Positions 28,080 through 37,727 are shown, counted from the stretch's first letter. The stretch is DNA of 40,338 bases from Deltaproteobacteria bacterium (GCA_046583355.1 JAYGCM010000014.1:1-40338); one strand, 5' to 3'. Numbers and translations: made by a program. The notes: a model not told the origin generated them from the sequence alone.

Positions 28080-30464
28080 TCAGTCCATCAACGACGCGGG
28101 CGTGTCGAGGAAGGCCTGTGACGCGCTGGGCACATAATAGCTGCCGAGCAGAATCAGCATCTCGTCGAAGGTTGTGACGCCACCCTCAAGCGGGCAGGCA
28201 TCGCAGATGCCGTCGCCGGCGCCGGCGCTGGAGTCACACCTCCAATTGTTGCCATAGCAGACATTGTTATGATTGGCGCCGCCGAGGCAGCGCCGCTCGC
28301 TGCTGGAACAGGAGTTCAGCACGACCAGGCCGATACTCTGGGAGTGGCGCCGCACTTCGCTGATATCGTCGGCGCCGTTGTCGTAGACCGCGCAATATTT
28401 TATGCGACGATTGGTCGAATTCAGGTTCTGCGCGAAATGCAGCGGCGGGTCGTAGAGGATCTGTACGGGGTCGTTGTAGATACGGCTGATATAATCCGGG
28501 GTGCCGGTCGGGATATCGCTTTTGTTGGTGTTGTTGGGCGGCAGCCAGGTGCGGAATTGCTCCATATGGCCGTGTGCATGCGAGCTCAGCTCGAAGAGGT
28601 AAGAGTTGCGCGGCAAGGTAAAGGTGCCGCAAACCTCTTGTTTTTGGAAGGTTGGCACGCTCATGCGGAAGATATCGTCCGCGTCGAAGATCGCGCTCAT
28701 CTGGTTGGAATCGCCCGCCTCCGCAAAGTAGAAATTGAAGTATTGCTCAAGCGTCGTATCCTGATCGGTCAGGTTGAAGGCGTGCGAGTTCCAGGTGATA
28801 TAGCCCTTCATCGGGAGCACGGAGAAGACATCGTCGGGCATGGTGATCTCCGAGCGTGGCTCTTGTGAGCCGCCGAAACGAGCGGTGGTCGCCGTGTCGC
28901 CGCCGAGGCTGAAGGCGTAATCGGGAGGCCCATAGCCGTTGCAGGCAACCGAGTTGCGCACCGCGCTGCTGCACGCCGAGCGCGCACCGCATTCGGCACC
29001 GCCCATCGAGGCGGAGACGCCGAAATTCGTCGGGTTGCAGGATGTGCCGTCGAGGTCGCCGCCGAGGCAACTCCAGCCACCCCAGCTCGAATGCGCCCAG
29101 CCATAGGCGCCGGAGTAGACCGTCTCGATACTATGGTGCGATTGCGGATCCTGCAGTAGCAGGTTCGAGCCCCATTTGAAGCACTCGCGCTCCGGGCCGC
29201 CCATGGCCGCGGGGCAGGGGACTTTCAGGTCCTGGGGAACCGCCGCCGTCTCGTTGAGGTCGTAATAGGTCGTGTAGCAGACCTCGTGTTCGCTCTCGCC
29301 CGGGAGGTCCCAGCCCGGCCCATAGAATTGCACACCGTCGGCCGCATCCGGCGGCGTCAGCGGCTCGACCTTGTTGGCCACCGGGTCGGGCAAGCACGCC
29401 CCGAGAAGCTCGGCCGTGCCGGCGACCACGCCGGTCTCCAGCGCGCCGCCGCGGATCCAAAGGCGCAGGGCTTCGAGGTGGTCGGCCGAGAGCGCCGGGA
29501 TGGAGCCAGCCGGCATGGGGCTGCCTGCAACACCGGCATATTCGCCGCCGATCGTTCGTGCGGCCAGCTTGCGGTAGAGGAAGCTCACGTCCTGGTCGCC
29601 CGGCTCGATGAGGGAAAGCGAGCTCTGCAGAGCCGTAACGCCGACAATCTCGCCGAACGAAGCGCCCTCGGTCAGGATCAGTTGGCCGGAGCCGGCCGCG
29701 TTATGGCAGCCGCTATTGGTGCATTGGTAGCCCTCGAAGATGACCGATTGGATCCCCGCGAAGGTCGTGTCGAAATCGTTGCCGCCGCCACAATCGGCCA
29801 GCAGGTTGCAGCTGTTGTCGCAGGTGTCGGTTTCGTCGAGGTTGCCATCGTCGCATTGCTCGCCGACTTCCGTTGTGCCGTTGCCGCAGACGCTCTCGCT
29901 GCACGCCGAAGGTGCGTTGGCCTTCTTGGCGAGGAAGAATCCGGCAACGGCTTTCTTGGTCTCGCCGCCGAACTCGGCGCAATACCATTCGTCTTCCACG
30001 CCGAAATAAACCTCGACGGAGTCGGGGTTGGCGGGCATCTCGTAGTCGAAGTTCACGCCACCGCCGAGGATCTTCAGCATGCCACCGTTACCTCCGGGTT
30101 TCCAAAGTACCAGCTTGACCCCGGCGGCCTGGCTCTTGTCGAGGTATTTGTAGCCGCGGCTACCCGCCGGATTGCCAAGGCCCTTCCATTTGCTGGGGTC
30201 AAGCTCCATCAACTCGGTACGGCCCGCATTGGCGCCGGTCCAGCGGATCAGCAGCTTTGACCCGGCAACGGCAGGGTCGAGCACGGCGACGATTGCCGAT
30301 TGCTTGACGCTCTTGAAGAGGAATTTATGCTTCGCCGCGGCCTTGCGCGTATCGATTTTCAGCAACTGGCCGCCAATCGGAAACGAGTCATTGTGGGCCA
30401 CGGCCGGTGGAGCCACCAAGAAGGTAGTGATCAGAGCAATGGCGGTCAGAGCGAAATGTTGCAT
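28080..30464 (-). CDS. Large secreted multidomain protein: Cys-rich repeat, atypical cytochrome c-like region, PHM/DBH-like copper monooxygenase region, conserved C-terminal tail
   Basis: Signal peptide ending AVA; CGNGTTEVGEQCDDGN; CTNSGCH...SPMP...WIRGGA; SHH, NSH, SHAH, DEM motifs. Confidence 0.75.
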   Translation of the reverse strand: MQHFALTAIALITTFLVAPPAVAHNDSFPIGGQLLKIDTRKAAAKHKFLFKSVKQSAIVAVLDPAVAGSKLLIRWTGANAGRTELMELDPSKWKGLGNPAGSRGYKYLDKSQAAGVKLVLWKPGGNGGMLKILGGGVNFDYEMPANPDSVEVYFGVEDEWYCAEFGGETKKAVAGFFLAKKANAPSACSESVCGNGTTEVGEQCDDGNLDETDTCDNSCNLLADCGGGNDFDTTFAGIQSVIFEGYQCTNSGCHNAAGSGQLILTEGASFGEIVGVTALQSSLSLIEPGDQDVSFLYRKLAARTIGGEYAGVAGSPMPAGSIPALSADHLEALRLWIRGGALETGVVAGTAELLGACLPDPVANKVEPLTPPDAADGVQFYGPGWDLPGESEHEVCYTTYYDLNETAAVPQDLKVPCPAAMGGPERECFKWGSNLLLQDPQSHHSIETVYSGAYGWAHSSWGGWSCLGGDLDGTSCNPTNFGVSASMGGAECGARSACSSAVRNSVACNGYGPPDYAFSLGGDTATTARFGGSQEPRSEITMPDDVFSVLPMKGYITWNSHAFNLTDQDTTLEQYFNFYFAEAGDSNQMSAIFDADDIFRMSVPTFQKQEVCGTFTLPRNSYLFELSSHAHGHMEQFRTWLPPNNTNKSDIPTGTPDYISRIYNDPVQILYDPPLHFAQNLNSTNRRIKYCAVYDNGADDISEVRRHSQSIGLVVLNSCSSSERRCLGGANHNNVCYGNNWRCDSSAGAGDGICDACPLEGGVTTFDEMLILLGSYYVPSASQAFLDTPASLMD

Positions 30465-30612
30465 ACTTGGTCCCCTTTTCCAGCTTGGACTGTCGTCGAT
30501 CCGCTGGTGCAGCGCAACTCCGAACCTGTCGGATGCGCCAGGTTTTCCACGGTATTTTGCCAGTTTCAGGTCGATTTGTCGCAATGCTGGTCCGAACAGT
30601 CGCTGCGGCGTC

Positions 30613-31290
30613 TCAGCTGTCGCTCGGCGCCGGGGCCTGCGGTAGCTTGGATTCCGGGGTCCAGGGCGGCGTGACGATGCCGCCGGAGACCACCATCTTG
30701 ATGCCCTCCTCGATGGTCATATCGAGCAGGATCAGGTCGTCGCGGGGCACGAAAAGCAGGTAGCCCGAGGTCGGGTTCGGCGTGGTCGGAACAAAGACAT
30801 TCACCGTCTCGCGCTGGGTTCGTTCTTGGACTTCACCCGAGGTCGCGCCGGTGAGGAAGCCGATCGACCAGGTGCCGCGCCGCGGGTACTCGAAGATCGC
30901 GACCTGGCGAAAGGCACTGGAGCGCTCGGCCAGAACGGACTCGAAGATCTGTTTGGTGCCTCCGTAGATGGCACGGATGACCGGAATGCGTTTGACCAGG
31001 TCTTCGCCGGTGCGGTGCACGAAGCGACCGACGAAGCCGGAGGTCGCCCAGCCGATCAGGGTGATCGCGGCGAAGGTGACGATCATGCCCAGCCCGGGCA
31101 CCGGGTAGGGAATCAATTTGCCCGGCAGAACCCGGTTATCGACCAGGTCAATGAACCATGCGGCCACCCAGAAGGTGATGGCAACCGGTGCGATCACCAG
31201 CACGCCGGAGAGAAACCATGCGCGCAGACGCGCCGGCAGTGACCGGGGCGCTGGCGCGAGCGGCCCCATGCTCTGGTTCGGTTCGGACAT
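30613..31290 (-). CDS. DUF502 membrane protein
   Basis: EYPRRGTW, VFVPTTPNPTSG, KMVVSGG motifs. Confidence 0.92.
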   Translation of the reverse strand: MSEPNQSMGPLAPAPRSLPARLRAWFLSGVLVIAPVAITFWVAAWFIDLVDNRVLPGKLIPYPVPGLGMIVTFAAITLIGWATSGFVGRFVHRTGEDLVKRIPVIRAIYGGTKQIFESVLAERSSAFRQVAIFEYPRRGTWSIGFLTGATSGEVQERTQRETVNVFVPTTPNPTSGYLLFVPRDDLILLDMTIEEGIKMVVSGGIVTPPWTPESKLPQAPAPSDS

Positions 31291-31396
31291 GTTCGGCTCC
31301 CCTTGCTGGGATCAGGCTATCTATGTCCGCCGCTGGTTGCGAATTCGTACTCTCCTGCAAGCGGCCTCCCGTTGAAGGGTGGACGAGGCGCGGGTC

Positions 31397-32713
31397 CTAG
31401 GCCGGGAGGAAGTCGAGCAATGGGTAGGGTGCGCCGGGGAGCAGGGCTGTGTGGGCGCCGGGGGATTGTAGCCAGCGGTCGATGATGGTGGCGTAGACGC
31501 TGCGGAAATCGGTGTGGAATTTCAGGTTGCCGCGGTCGAGGTCGTCCAGCGCCGGGACGGTTCCGTGTACGCCTCCTTGGACCGTGTTGCCGATGGCGAA
31601 GAGGCAGGAGGCCTCGCCGTGGTCGGTGCCGAGGCCGCCGTTCTCTTCGACCCGGCGGCCGAACTCGCTCATCGTCACGATCAGCACGCGGTCCTCTACG
31701 CCGATGTCGACCATATCCTGCCAGAAAGCTGCGAGACCCTGGCTTACGGCAGCGAGCAGGTCGGCCTGGCGGCCCGCCAGCGCGCCCTGGCCGGTATGCG
31801 TATCGAAGCCGCCGCGGCGGCAATGGAAATAGCGCACGCCGACAGGCGGGCCGATCAACTCGTCGTGGCGAATGACCGAGGCGATCTCCAGGAGGCGGTC
31901 GGCGAATTTATCATCGACACTCTCGAGGTTCGAGCCCCAGCTGCGGTCGATCGCGGCGAATTCGTCGATCTTGCCGAGCAGCACATTGCCCGAGTTGCCG
32001 ATGGTTTGCTGCAGTCCGGCGGTTTGCAGCGGGTCGGCCTCGCTCGCGTAAGCGGTATCGAGAGCGAGCCTGCGGGCCACCGCGTCGGGGAAGACGGAGT
32101 CGTCGGGCAGCTTGAATTGCGAGAGTTTTTTTACCGCGAGTACGTTGGCGGTGTCGCCGAAGAAGGCCGGGTTGAGTGTCGAGTCTGCGTCCAGAGCCAC
32201 CAGGTCGCTCGAGGTATAGTAGGTATCGAGGTAGCGACCGAGCCAACCGCCGGGGAAGGGGCCGATATTTTCGGCGCCAAACCAGATATCTTCGGAGCGG
32301 AAATGCGAGAGGCTCGGGGCGGGGTAGCCGATGCCGTTGAGCACGGCGACGCGGCCCTGGTCGTAGAGTGCCTTGAGCTCCGGCATCGACGGGTGCAGGG
32401 CGAGCCCGGTGCCCTTGACCGGGTCGTCGTCGATCCGGGTTAGGGCGAGTGCGGCGGTAGGCACGGCCAGGGTCGGGCGCGCTGCCTCATAGAGCGAGCG
32501 CTGGGCCACCGGCCCGGTATCGTCGAGCGGAATGACGGTATTGAGACCGTCGTTGCCACCGCCGAGTTGCACGAATACAAAAATCGGGTTGGCCGGCCCG
32601 GCACCGTAGGCGTTGCGCACGCCGAGCGCCCCGGCAAAGGGCCGTGGCATCGCCGCCAGCGCGGCTGTGGCCGCACCACCTTGAAGAAAGCGACGTCGAT
32701 CAATTCTGGGCAT
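31397..32713 (-). CDS. DUF1501 protein with Tat signal
   Basis: DRRRFLQGG; QLGGGNDGLN, SHFRS, GGFDTH, SEFGRR, GTDHG motifs. Confidence 0.92.
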   Translation of the reverse strand: MPRIDRRRFLQGGAATAALAAMPRPFAGALGVRNAYGAGPANPIFVFVQLGGGNDGLNTVIPLDDTGPVAQRSLYEAARPTLAVPTAALALTRIDDDPVKGTGLALHPSMPELKALYDQGRVAVLNGIGYPAPSLSHFRSEDIWFGAENIGPFPGGWLGRYLDTYYTSSDLVALDADSTLNPAFFGDTANVLAVKKLSQFKLPDDSVFPDAVARRLALDTAYASEADPLQTAGLQQTIGNSGNVLLGKIDEFAAIDRSWGSNLESVDDKFADRLLEIASVIRHDELIGPPVGVRYFHCRRGGFDTHTGQGALAGRQADLLAAVSQGLAAFWQDMVDIGVEDRVLIVTMSEFGRRVEENGGLGTDHGEASCLFAIGNTVQGGVHGTVPALDDLDRGNLKFHTDFRSVYATIIDRWLQSPGAHTALLPGAPYPLLDFLPA

Positions 32714-32724
32714 CGTCATTGCTC

Positions 32725-34107
32725 CTAATGGATCTGAAATTCCGGCAATTGCAGGGCCAGCGCCACCGCCCCGCGGACCTTTTTCTCGAGCACTTCCTCG
32801 TCCTTGAAGTCGGTCGCACCTGCGAAATAATCGACCAGCGCCTGGCGCGCAGCGGCCGGGACCGCGTGTTGGATCTGCAGGCGCGCGAGTAGCGAGTCGA
32901 CGACTTCGTCGGCCGTGCTGGCGTTTTTGGGGATCCACTTCCGGGGGCTCATTTTCAGCGTGGAGGATCGCCCCGAGGCGCATTTCTGGGCGAACTCAAG
33001 GCGCGCGAGAAATTGCCCGCTCGAGAGCCAGGGCAGCCCCTGGTTCCAGCCGTTGACGCTGGGCGGATCGAAGAGCCGCATGCCCATATTGTCGAGTTGG
33101 AGGGGCAGCTCTTTCATATTGCCGCGCGCTTCCAACGCCCGGATGGCGGCGATGGCGAATTCCACGGGGTTGCGCACGGTGCTCGATTTGGCGGCAGCGG
33201 AATAGAATTCATCGTGCAAGAAGATCGAGCGCAGCAGGTCGCCGATGACGAAACCGCCGGCAATGAAGTCGGTCGTCAGCTCGTCGACCAGGGCCTTGTC
33301 CGGGTTGGGGTAGGCGAAATACTCCCAAAGCTTGCGGCCAAGGAAGCGCGCCGCGGTCAGTTCGCCGTCGGAGTCGCGGTGGCTCAGCAGGATATCGAGC
33401 ACGTTGGTGGCGGGCGGAAAAAGAGTGCCGTCCGCTTGCTCCACGCCGAGGTTGCCGCTGGCCGCGAAGCTCGTGCCGGGGAAAAGTGTCTTGGGGTCGG
33501 CATCAAAGCGCCCGGCTTTCATCACACCCTTGTCCTTGGCGATGCGGAAGCCCGTAAGCGCGCGGCTGATCTCCTCGACATCGCTTTGGGTATAGTTCGG
33601 GGCGCCATTGATATCGGTTACGCCGAGCACGAAGAGTTCCATCAGTTCGCGGCCAAAATTCTCGTTGATTTTGCCTTTGCGGTTGTCCATGTTGTCGAGA
33701 AAGACGAGCATGGCTGGATCGCGCGTCACCTGGTGACAGAGCGTATGGAACGAGCCGCGCCCGAACTCGCGAAAGACGCGGTTTTGCAGCGCCATGCGTT
33801 TCACATTCTTGACGACGCTATATTGCGTGGCGAAATGGTCGTGCCAGAAGAGCGCCATTTTCTCGTCGAGCCGCCGCGCGGTTTGTGTGCTCATCCGCTT
33901 GGCCCACCAGGTGGCAAGCTTGAGGGCCTGGTCGCGGTCCCGTTCGGATCTTCCCGGCCCCTTGGCCTTGGAGGGCTTGCGCGCCAGCAGGTCGGCGATG
34001 CACCAGACCTGCCCGCGCCGGGCATAGCGCGTGACTTCCCTGGGCTTGCCGCCGAAGCCCGCACGCGTCAGCAGGTGCGCTGCGTTCTTTTCATCCCAGG
34101 TGACCAT
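32725..34107 (-). CDS. DUF1800 protein
   Basis: HLLTRAGFG, FWHDHFAT, PAMLVFLDN, NENFGRELMELF, PPSVNGW, PEFQ motifs. Confidence 0.92.
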   Translation of the reverse strand: MVTWDEKNAAHLLTRAGFGGKPREVTRYARRGQVWCIADLLARKPSKAKGPGRSERDRDQALKLATWWAKRMSTQTARRLDEKMALFWHDHFATQYSVVKNVKRMALQNRVFREFGRGSFHTLCHQVTRDPAMLVFLDNMDNRKGKINENFGRELMELFVLGVTDINGAPNYTQSDVEEISRALTGFRIAKDKGVMKAGRFDADPKTLFPGTSFAASGNLGVEQADGTLFPPATNVLDILLSHRDSDGELTAARFLGRKLWEYFAYPNPDKALVDELTTDFIAGGFVIGDLLRSIFLHDEFYSAAAKSSTVRNPVEFAIAAIRALEARGNMKELPLQLDNMGMRLFDPPSVNGWNQGLPWLSSGQFLARLEFAQKCASGRSSTLKMSPRKWIPKNASTADEVVDSLLARLQIQHAVPAAARQALVDYFAGATDFKDEEVLEKKVRGAVALALQLPEFQIH

Positions 34108-34214
34108 CGACCTCTCCCTGCAAAGCCGCCGCGTTCCCCTCGAAACGACCGACTTCGTGGACTGACCTTGCCTGCGCCCGTGGCAGTGCGCAACAGGAAA
34201 CTCGGTTTTGCGGG

Positions 34215-35525
34215 CTAAGCGCTGCGCTCGGCGAGCTCAAGCGCCGGGCTGCCGGCACCACTGAGACCGGCGCCGTCGCGCGGGCAGGCCGCGGCGATAC
34301 GCCAGATGGTCTCGATCAGGGTCAGCATCTCGGGGTAGAGCAAGGGCTTGCCGCTGGTCAGCAATGCGACGCTGAGGTCGCGCTCGGGGTCGGCCCAGGC
34401 CAGCACGTTGGTAAAACCCAGGTGGCCGAAGGCATGGCAAGAGTGCAGGCCGTAGAGGCTCATATAGTCTGCCCCCAGCATGAAGCCCATCGAGTAGCGG
34501 AAGGGCAGGATGAGCGTGAAGTCGGGCTCGAGCCAGCTCTGCTCGGCGACCGCGCGCATAATCGTGCGGGGCTGAAATACCCGGTGGCCGTCGAGCTCCC
34601 CGCCGCGGCGCAGCAGCTCGTAGAAGCGCGAGACCTCGTCGGCGGTGGCGATCACATTGGCCGAGGGGAAAATGCTGGTCAGGAAGCGTGGGTCGTTGAG
34701 CAGCTTGGAGACCGTTTGGACATCCATGCCGAGGGCGCGCTCCAATAAGGTGGAGACCGGCGGCACGGCCGGTGCGCCGGTAAAGGCGTTCTGTGCGACC
34801 AGCGGGATTTCTTCTTCTTCGACGCCGAAATTCAGCCAGCGAAAACCCAGCGGGTCGCCTACCTCGTCACGCATATAAGTGCGGATATCGCGCCCGGTGA
34901 CGCGCTTGACGATCTCGGCGAAGAGAAATCCGGTCGTCACGGCGTGGTAGCCCATGCGCGTTCCCGGCCGCCATAAGGGGGTCTGGTGGCAGAGCAGATC
35001 CACGATGCGGTCGGGGTCGCCGAGCAGCTCGACATTGAGGCTGCCGGGCGGCGGGTTGGGCACGCCGGCGCGATGCGTCAGCAGATGCTGGATCGTGATG
35101 GCCTCTTTGCCGTAGCGGCCGAACTCCGGAATATACTCGCAGACCGGGTCGCCGACATGCAGCTCGCCGCGGTCATCGAGCAGGTGGATCAGCATGGCCG
35201 TGATGGGCTTGGACCCCGAGGCCAGGCAAAAGGGCGTATCGACCGAGACCGGCACGCGCTCGGCGTCGGGTGGGTCATCGGGCAGGGTGCCCGAGACGTG
35301 GCCGATGGCGCGGTCGAGCAGCACCTTGCCGCGCCGGCGCACACATAGGGAGATGGCCGGGTGGGTGCCGCTGGCATAGAGGCGGCGGATGGCGTCCCAG
35401 ATCCGCGCGATTTCGTCCGGTGCCACGCCCACCTCGGCCGGGTCGACCTCGGTATCGGGGCGGATATCGGTCGCGGCATCGAGGTCGTCGTCGATCTGGC
35501 AGCGAGTATAGAGGCGGAAGCTCAT
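34215..35525 (-). CDS. Serine hydrolase, beta-lactamase class C-like (LipE-like esterase)
   Basis: SGSK (SxxK), LLTHRAG, GYH, FGHLGF motifs. Confidence 0.9.
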   Translation of the reverse strand: MSFRLYTRCQIDDDLDAATDIRPDTEVDPAEVGVAPDEIARIWDAIRRLYASGTHPAISLCVRRRGKVLLDRAIGHVSGTLPDDPPDAERVPVSVDTPFCLASGSKPITAMLIHLLDDRGELHVGDPVCEYIPEFGRYGKEAITIQHLLTHRAGVPNPPPGSLNVELLGDPDRIVDLLCHQTPLWRPGTRMGYHAVTTGFLFAEIVKRVTGRDIRTYMRDEVGDPLGFRWLNFGVEEEEIPLVAQNAFTGAPAVPPVSTLLERALGMDVQTVSKLLNDPRFLTSIFPSANVIATADEVSRFYELLRRGGELDGHRVFQPRTIMRAVAEQSWLEPDFTLILPFRYSMGFMLGADYMSLYGLHSCHAFGHLGFTNVLAWADPERDLSVALLTSGKPLLYPEMLTLIETIWRIAAACPRDGAGLSGAGSPALELAERSA

Positions 35526-35843
35526 GCGTTCAGCAAAGCCTTGCCGAAGGGGAAGCGCGAGTCGAGCGCGTCGCCGCTGGGAGCCGCAAAGGCGCCTTTT
35601 TGCTCATTTTTTCGGAATTCGGGCCGTGTGCGGACAAGGGTTGTCCGCCTGGTGAGCTTTCGCCTTGACGCGGCGTGCCGCGAAAGGCATTGACTCATCA
35701 ATACCGGCCTAATAAAGGGATTGCTGTATCCAACGTTCGGGCGGGCAGGATATGAGAAGTTTGAGGGTGCCACGGCTGTTCGGGGGGATGCCGCGGACGT
35801 AAATGGGTTTCCGGATCGGGAGCCAGAAGAAGGGGTGTATGTA

Positions 35844-36410
35844 ATGAGGTTTTTTGCAGGCGCATTGGCGCTGATTTCGGTTCTTGGATTTTCTGTTTCC
35901 ATGGCAGTCGCGGAAGACGCGGCGGGCCCGCAGGCCAATGTGGTCGGTACCGTGTATGACGCGGACAAAAACGCCATAGACGGGGCAGGCTTGGTCCTGC
36001 TCTCGACGGACGGCGAAGAGGTCGGCACGGCGACGACCGCCGCCGATGGGACATACTCCCTCGGCTGTGCCGGTCTCGGCACCTATCATCTGCAACTGAC
36101 CTCGGGCTCCGGCTTCCAGGGCCAGAAGGTCGCGGCACCGGTTGGCCCCAACGGCCTCGCGGTTGCCTGGGCCGTAGATAGCAACAAACCGGCCCTCGCT
36201 TCGGCGACGGCGACCGGTGGCGCGTGTGGCGTGGCGGCTGCGGCTGGCGCTGCTCCAGCGGCAGGAGCCGCTGGCGGCGTTGGCGGCGTTGGCGCTGGGC
36301 TCGGCACTGTGCTCGGCGCGGTCATCGGTGGCGGCGCTTTGGTTGCCGGCGTCAGTGTTGGCATCGCGTCTGCTGCGGGTAGTTTCAACGCAGACTCCCC
36401 GGCGCAGTAA
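35844..36410 (+). CDS. Secreted carboxypeptidase-regulatory-like domain protein with Gly/Ala-rich hydrophobic C-terminus
   Basis: Signal peptide ending AVA; GTVYDADKNAIDGA...TTAADGTY...GTY prealbumin-like pattern. Confidence 0.8.
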   Translation: MRFFAGALALISVLGFSVSMAVAEDAAGPQANVVGTVYDADKNAIDGAGLVLLSTDGEEVGTATTAADGTYSLGCAGLGTYHLQLTSGSGFQGQKVAAPVGPNGLAVAWAVDSNKPALASATATGGACGVAAAAGAAPAAGAAGGVGGVGAGLGTVLGAVIGGGALVAGVSVGIASAAGSFNADSPAQ

Positions 36411-36420
36411 AACGTAGAGA

Positions 36421-36454
36421 CCCGGGCGGGCAGAGTTCGCTCTGCCCGCTCGGG
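36421..36454 (+). other. Strong intercistronic stem-loop
   Basis: CCCGGGCGGGCAGAG-TTCG-CTCTGCCCGCTCGGG; no T tract. Confidence 0.7.
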
Positions 36455-36495
36455 CTCCTCTCTGACGATCGGCCCAACTCGGCGCGTAGGCGGCG

Positions 36496-37671
36496 GTGAG
36501 GTCGCTCAGGAGAACTCAGTACTTGAACTCCCCTCGAAATGTTCTGGTGCTCACGCTTCTGGCAGCTCTGGCTGGCGGTTGTGCGGCCCGGAGCAATACG
36601 AACGGCTGGTCGCCCGTCGGCGGCGACCAAGCCACCAGCGAAGGCTCCAAGGCCATCGCTGCCGGATCGCTGGCGAGCTCGCCTGCGGTCGACCTGGCGC
36701 GCCTGCGTCGGATCTACGACGAGCGCACCAAGGCCATAGACGGCTACGACTACCCGATCGGCACCGGCGATATGATCGAAATCTCGGTCCCGGCCATGCC
36801 GGAACTCGACGATGAGACCGTTCGCGTAACGTCATCGGGCACGGTCTCGCTGCCCATGCTTGGCGATATTCAGGCCGCCGGTCTGACCGAGAAACAATTC
36901 AAGACCGAGCTACGCAAGGCGCTCTCTCAATATATGCACCGCCCGCATGTGGCCGTGCATGTGACCGAGTACCGCAGCCGCCAGGTAGGTGTGCTGGGCG
37001 CCGTGGACGACCCCGGCCTGTATACGGTCAAAAACGCCCAGGCGACCATCCTGGATATGATCTCCGAGGCCGGTGGCCTCACCGAAGACGCCACCCAGCG
37101 CCTGCTCTTCATCCCGGTCGACCGCGTGGACCCAGACGAGGTCGAAAGCTTCGAGCTGGCCGGCCTGGTCAGCGCAGACACCCAACGCAGCCGCCTCAGC
37201 AAGGATCTGAAAGAGCCGCTGCTGCAGGCCTCGGACCCCATCATCATCGACCTGGACAAGATGAACAGCCGCTCGCAGCGCTTTGCGCTCGCCGTGCCGG
37301 TGCGCCCGGGCGACACCATCATGGCGCTGGGCGGTGGTCAGGTCTTCGTGCAGGGCTGGGTAGAGAGCCCCGGCGCGCTGAAGATGACCCGCGGCCTTAC
37401 GCTGCTGGGCGCGATTGCGGCCGCTGGCGGGCCGAGTTTCCCGGCCAAGAAATCGCAGGTGCAAATTCTGCGTGACGGCGGCGGCACAGATCGCATCGTC
37501 AGAACCGTGGATATCAGTGATATCGAAGACGGCAAGGCCGAAGATATTGCGCTGCGCGAGGGCGATATTATCCTTGTCGAGGCCCAGGGCGGGAAGCTTG
37601 TCGCCTACGGCGTCTACCGGTTCTTCTCTGAAGTCATGCGGGTTGGCGTCTCGGTCGCCAGCCCTTTCTGA
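36496..37671 (+). CDS. wza: Polysaccharide export lipoprotein (Wza/OPX, Poly_export plus SLBB domains)
   Basis: Lipobox AGGC; YPIGTGD, GTVSLPMLG, VLGAVDDPG, AIAAAGG; start approximate. Confidence 0.88.
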   Translation: MRSLRRTQYLNSPRNVLVLTLLAALAGGCAARSNTNGWSPVGGDQATSEGSKAIAAGSLASSPAVDLARLRRIYDERTKAIDGYDYPIGTGDMIEISVPAMPELDDETVRVTSSGTVSLPMLGDIQAAGLTEKQFKTELRKALSQYMHRPHVAVHVTEYRSRQVGVLGAVDDPGLYTVKNAQATILDMISEAGGLTEDATQRLLFIPVDRVDPDEVESFELAGLVSADTQRSRLSKDLKEPLLQASDPIIIDLDKMNSRSQRFALAVPVRPGDTIMALGGGQVFVQGWVESPGALKMTRGLTLLGAIAAAGGPSFPAKKSQVQILRDGGGTDRIVRTVDISDIEDGKAEDIALREGDIILVEAQGGKLVAYGVYRFFSEVMRVGVSVASPF

Positions 37672-37727
37672 TCCCTGAATATAGCCATGCAAATCTCTGC
37701 TCACCGAGCCCCCCAAAGGAACGAACT

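Noticed and set aside
34215..35525. Antibiotic-resistance beta-lactamase
   Set aside because: No signal peptide, and the motifs fit cytoplasmic LipE-like esterases.
35660..35720. Riboswitch or sigma70 promoter upstream of the polysaccharide locus
   Set aside because: TTGACG/TTGACT and CCGGCCTAA are present, but -35/-10 spacing is poor and no aptamer fold is evident.
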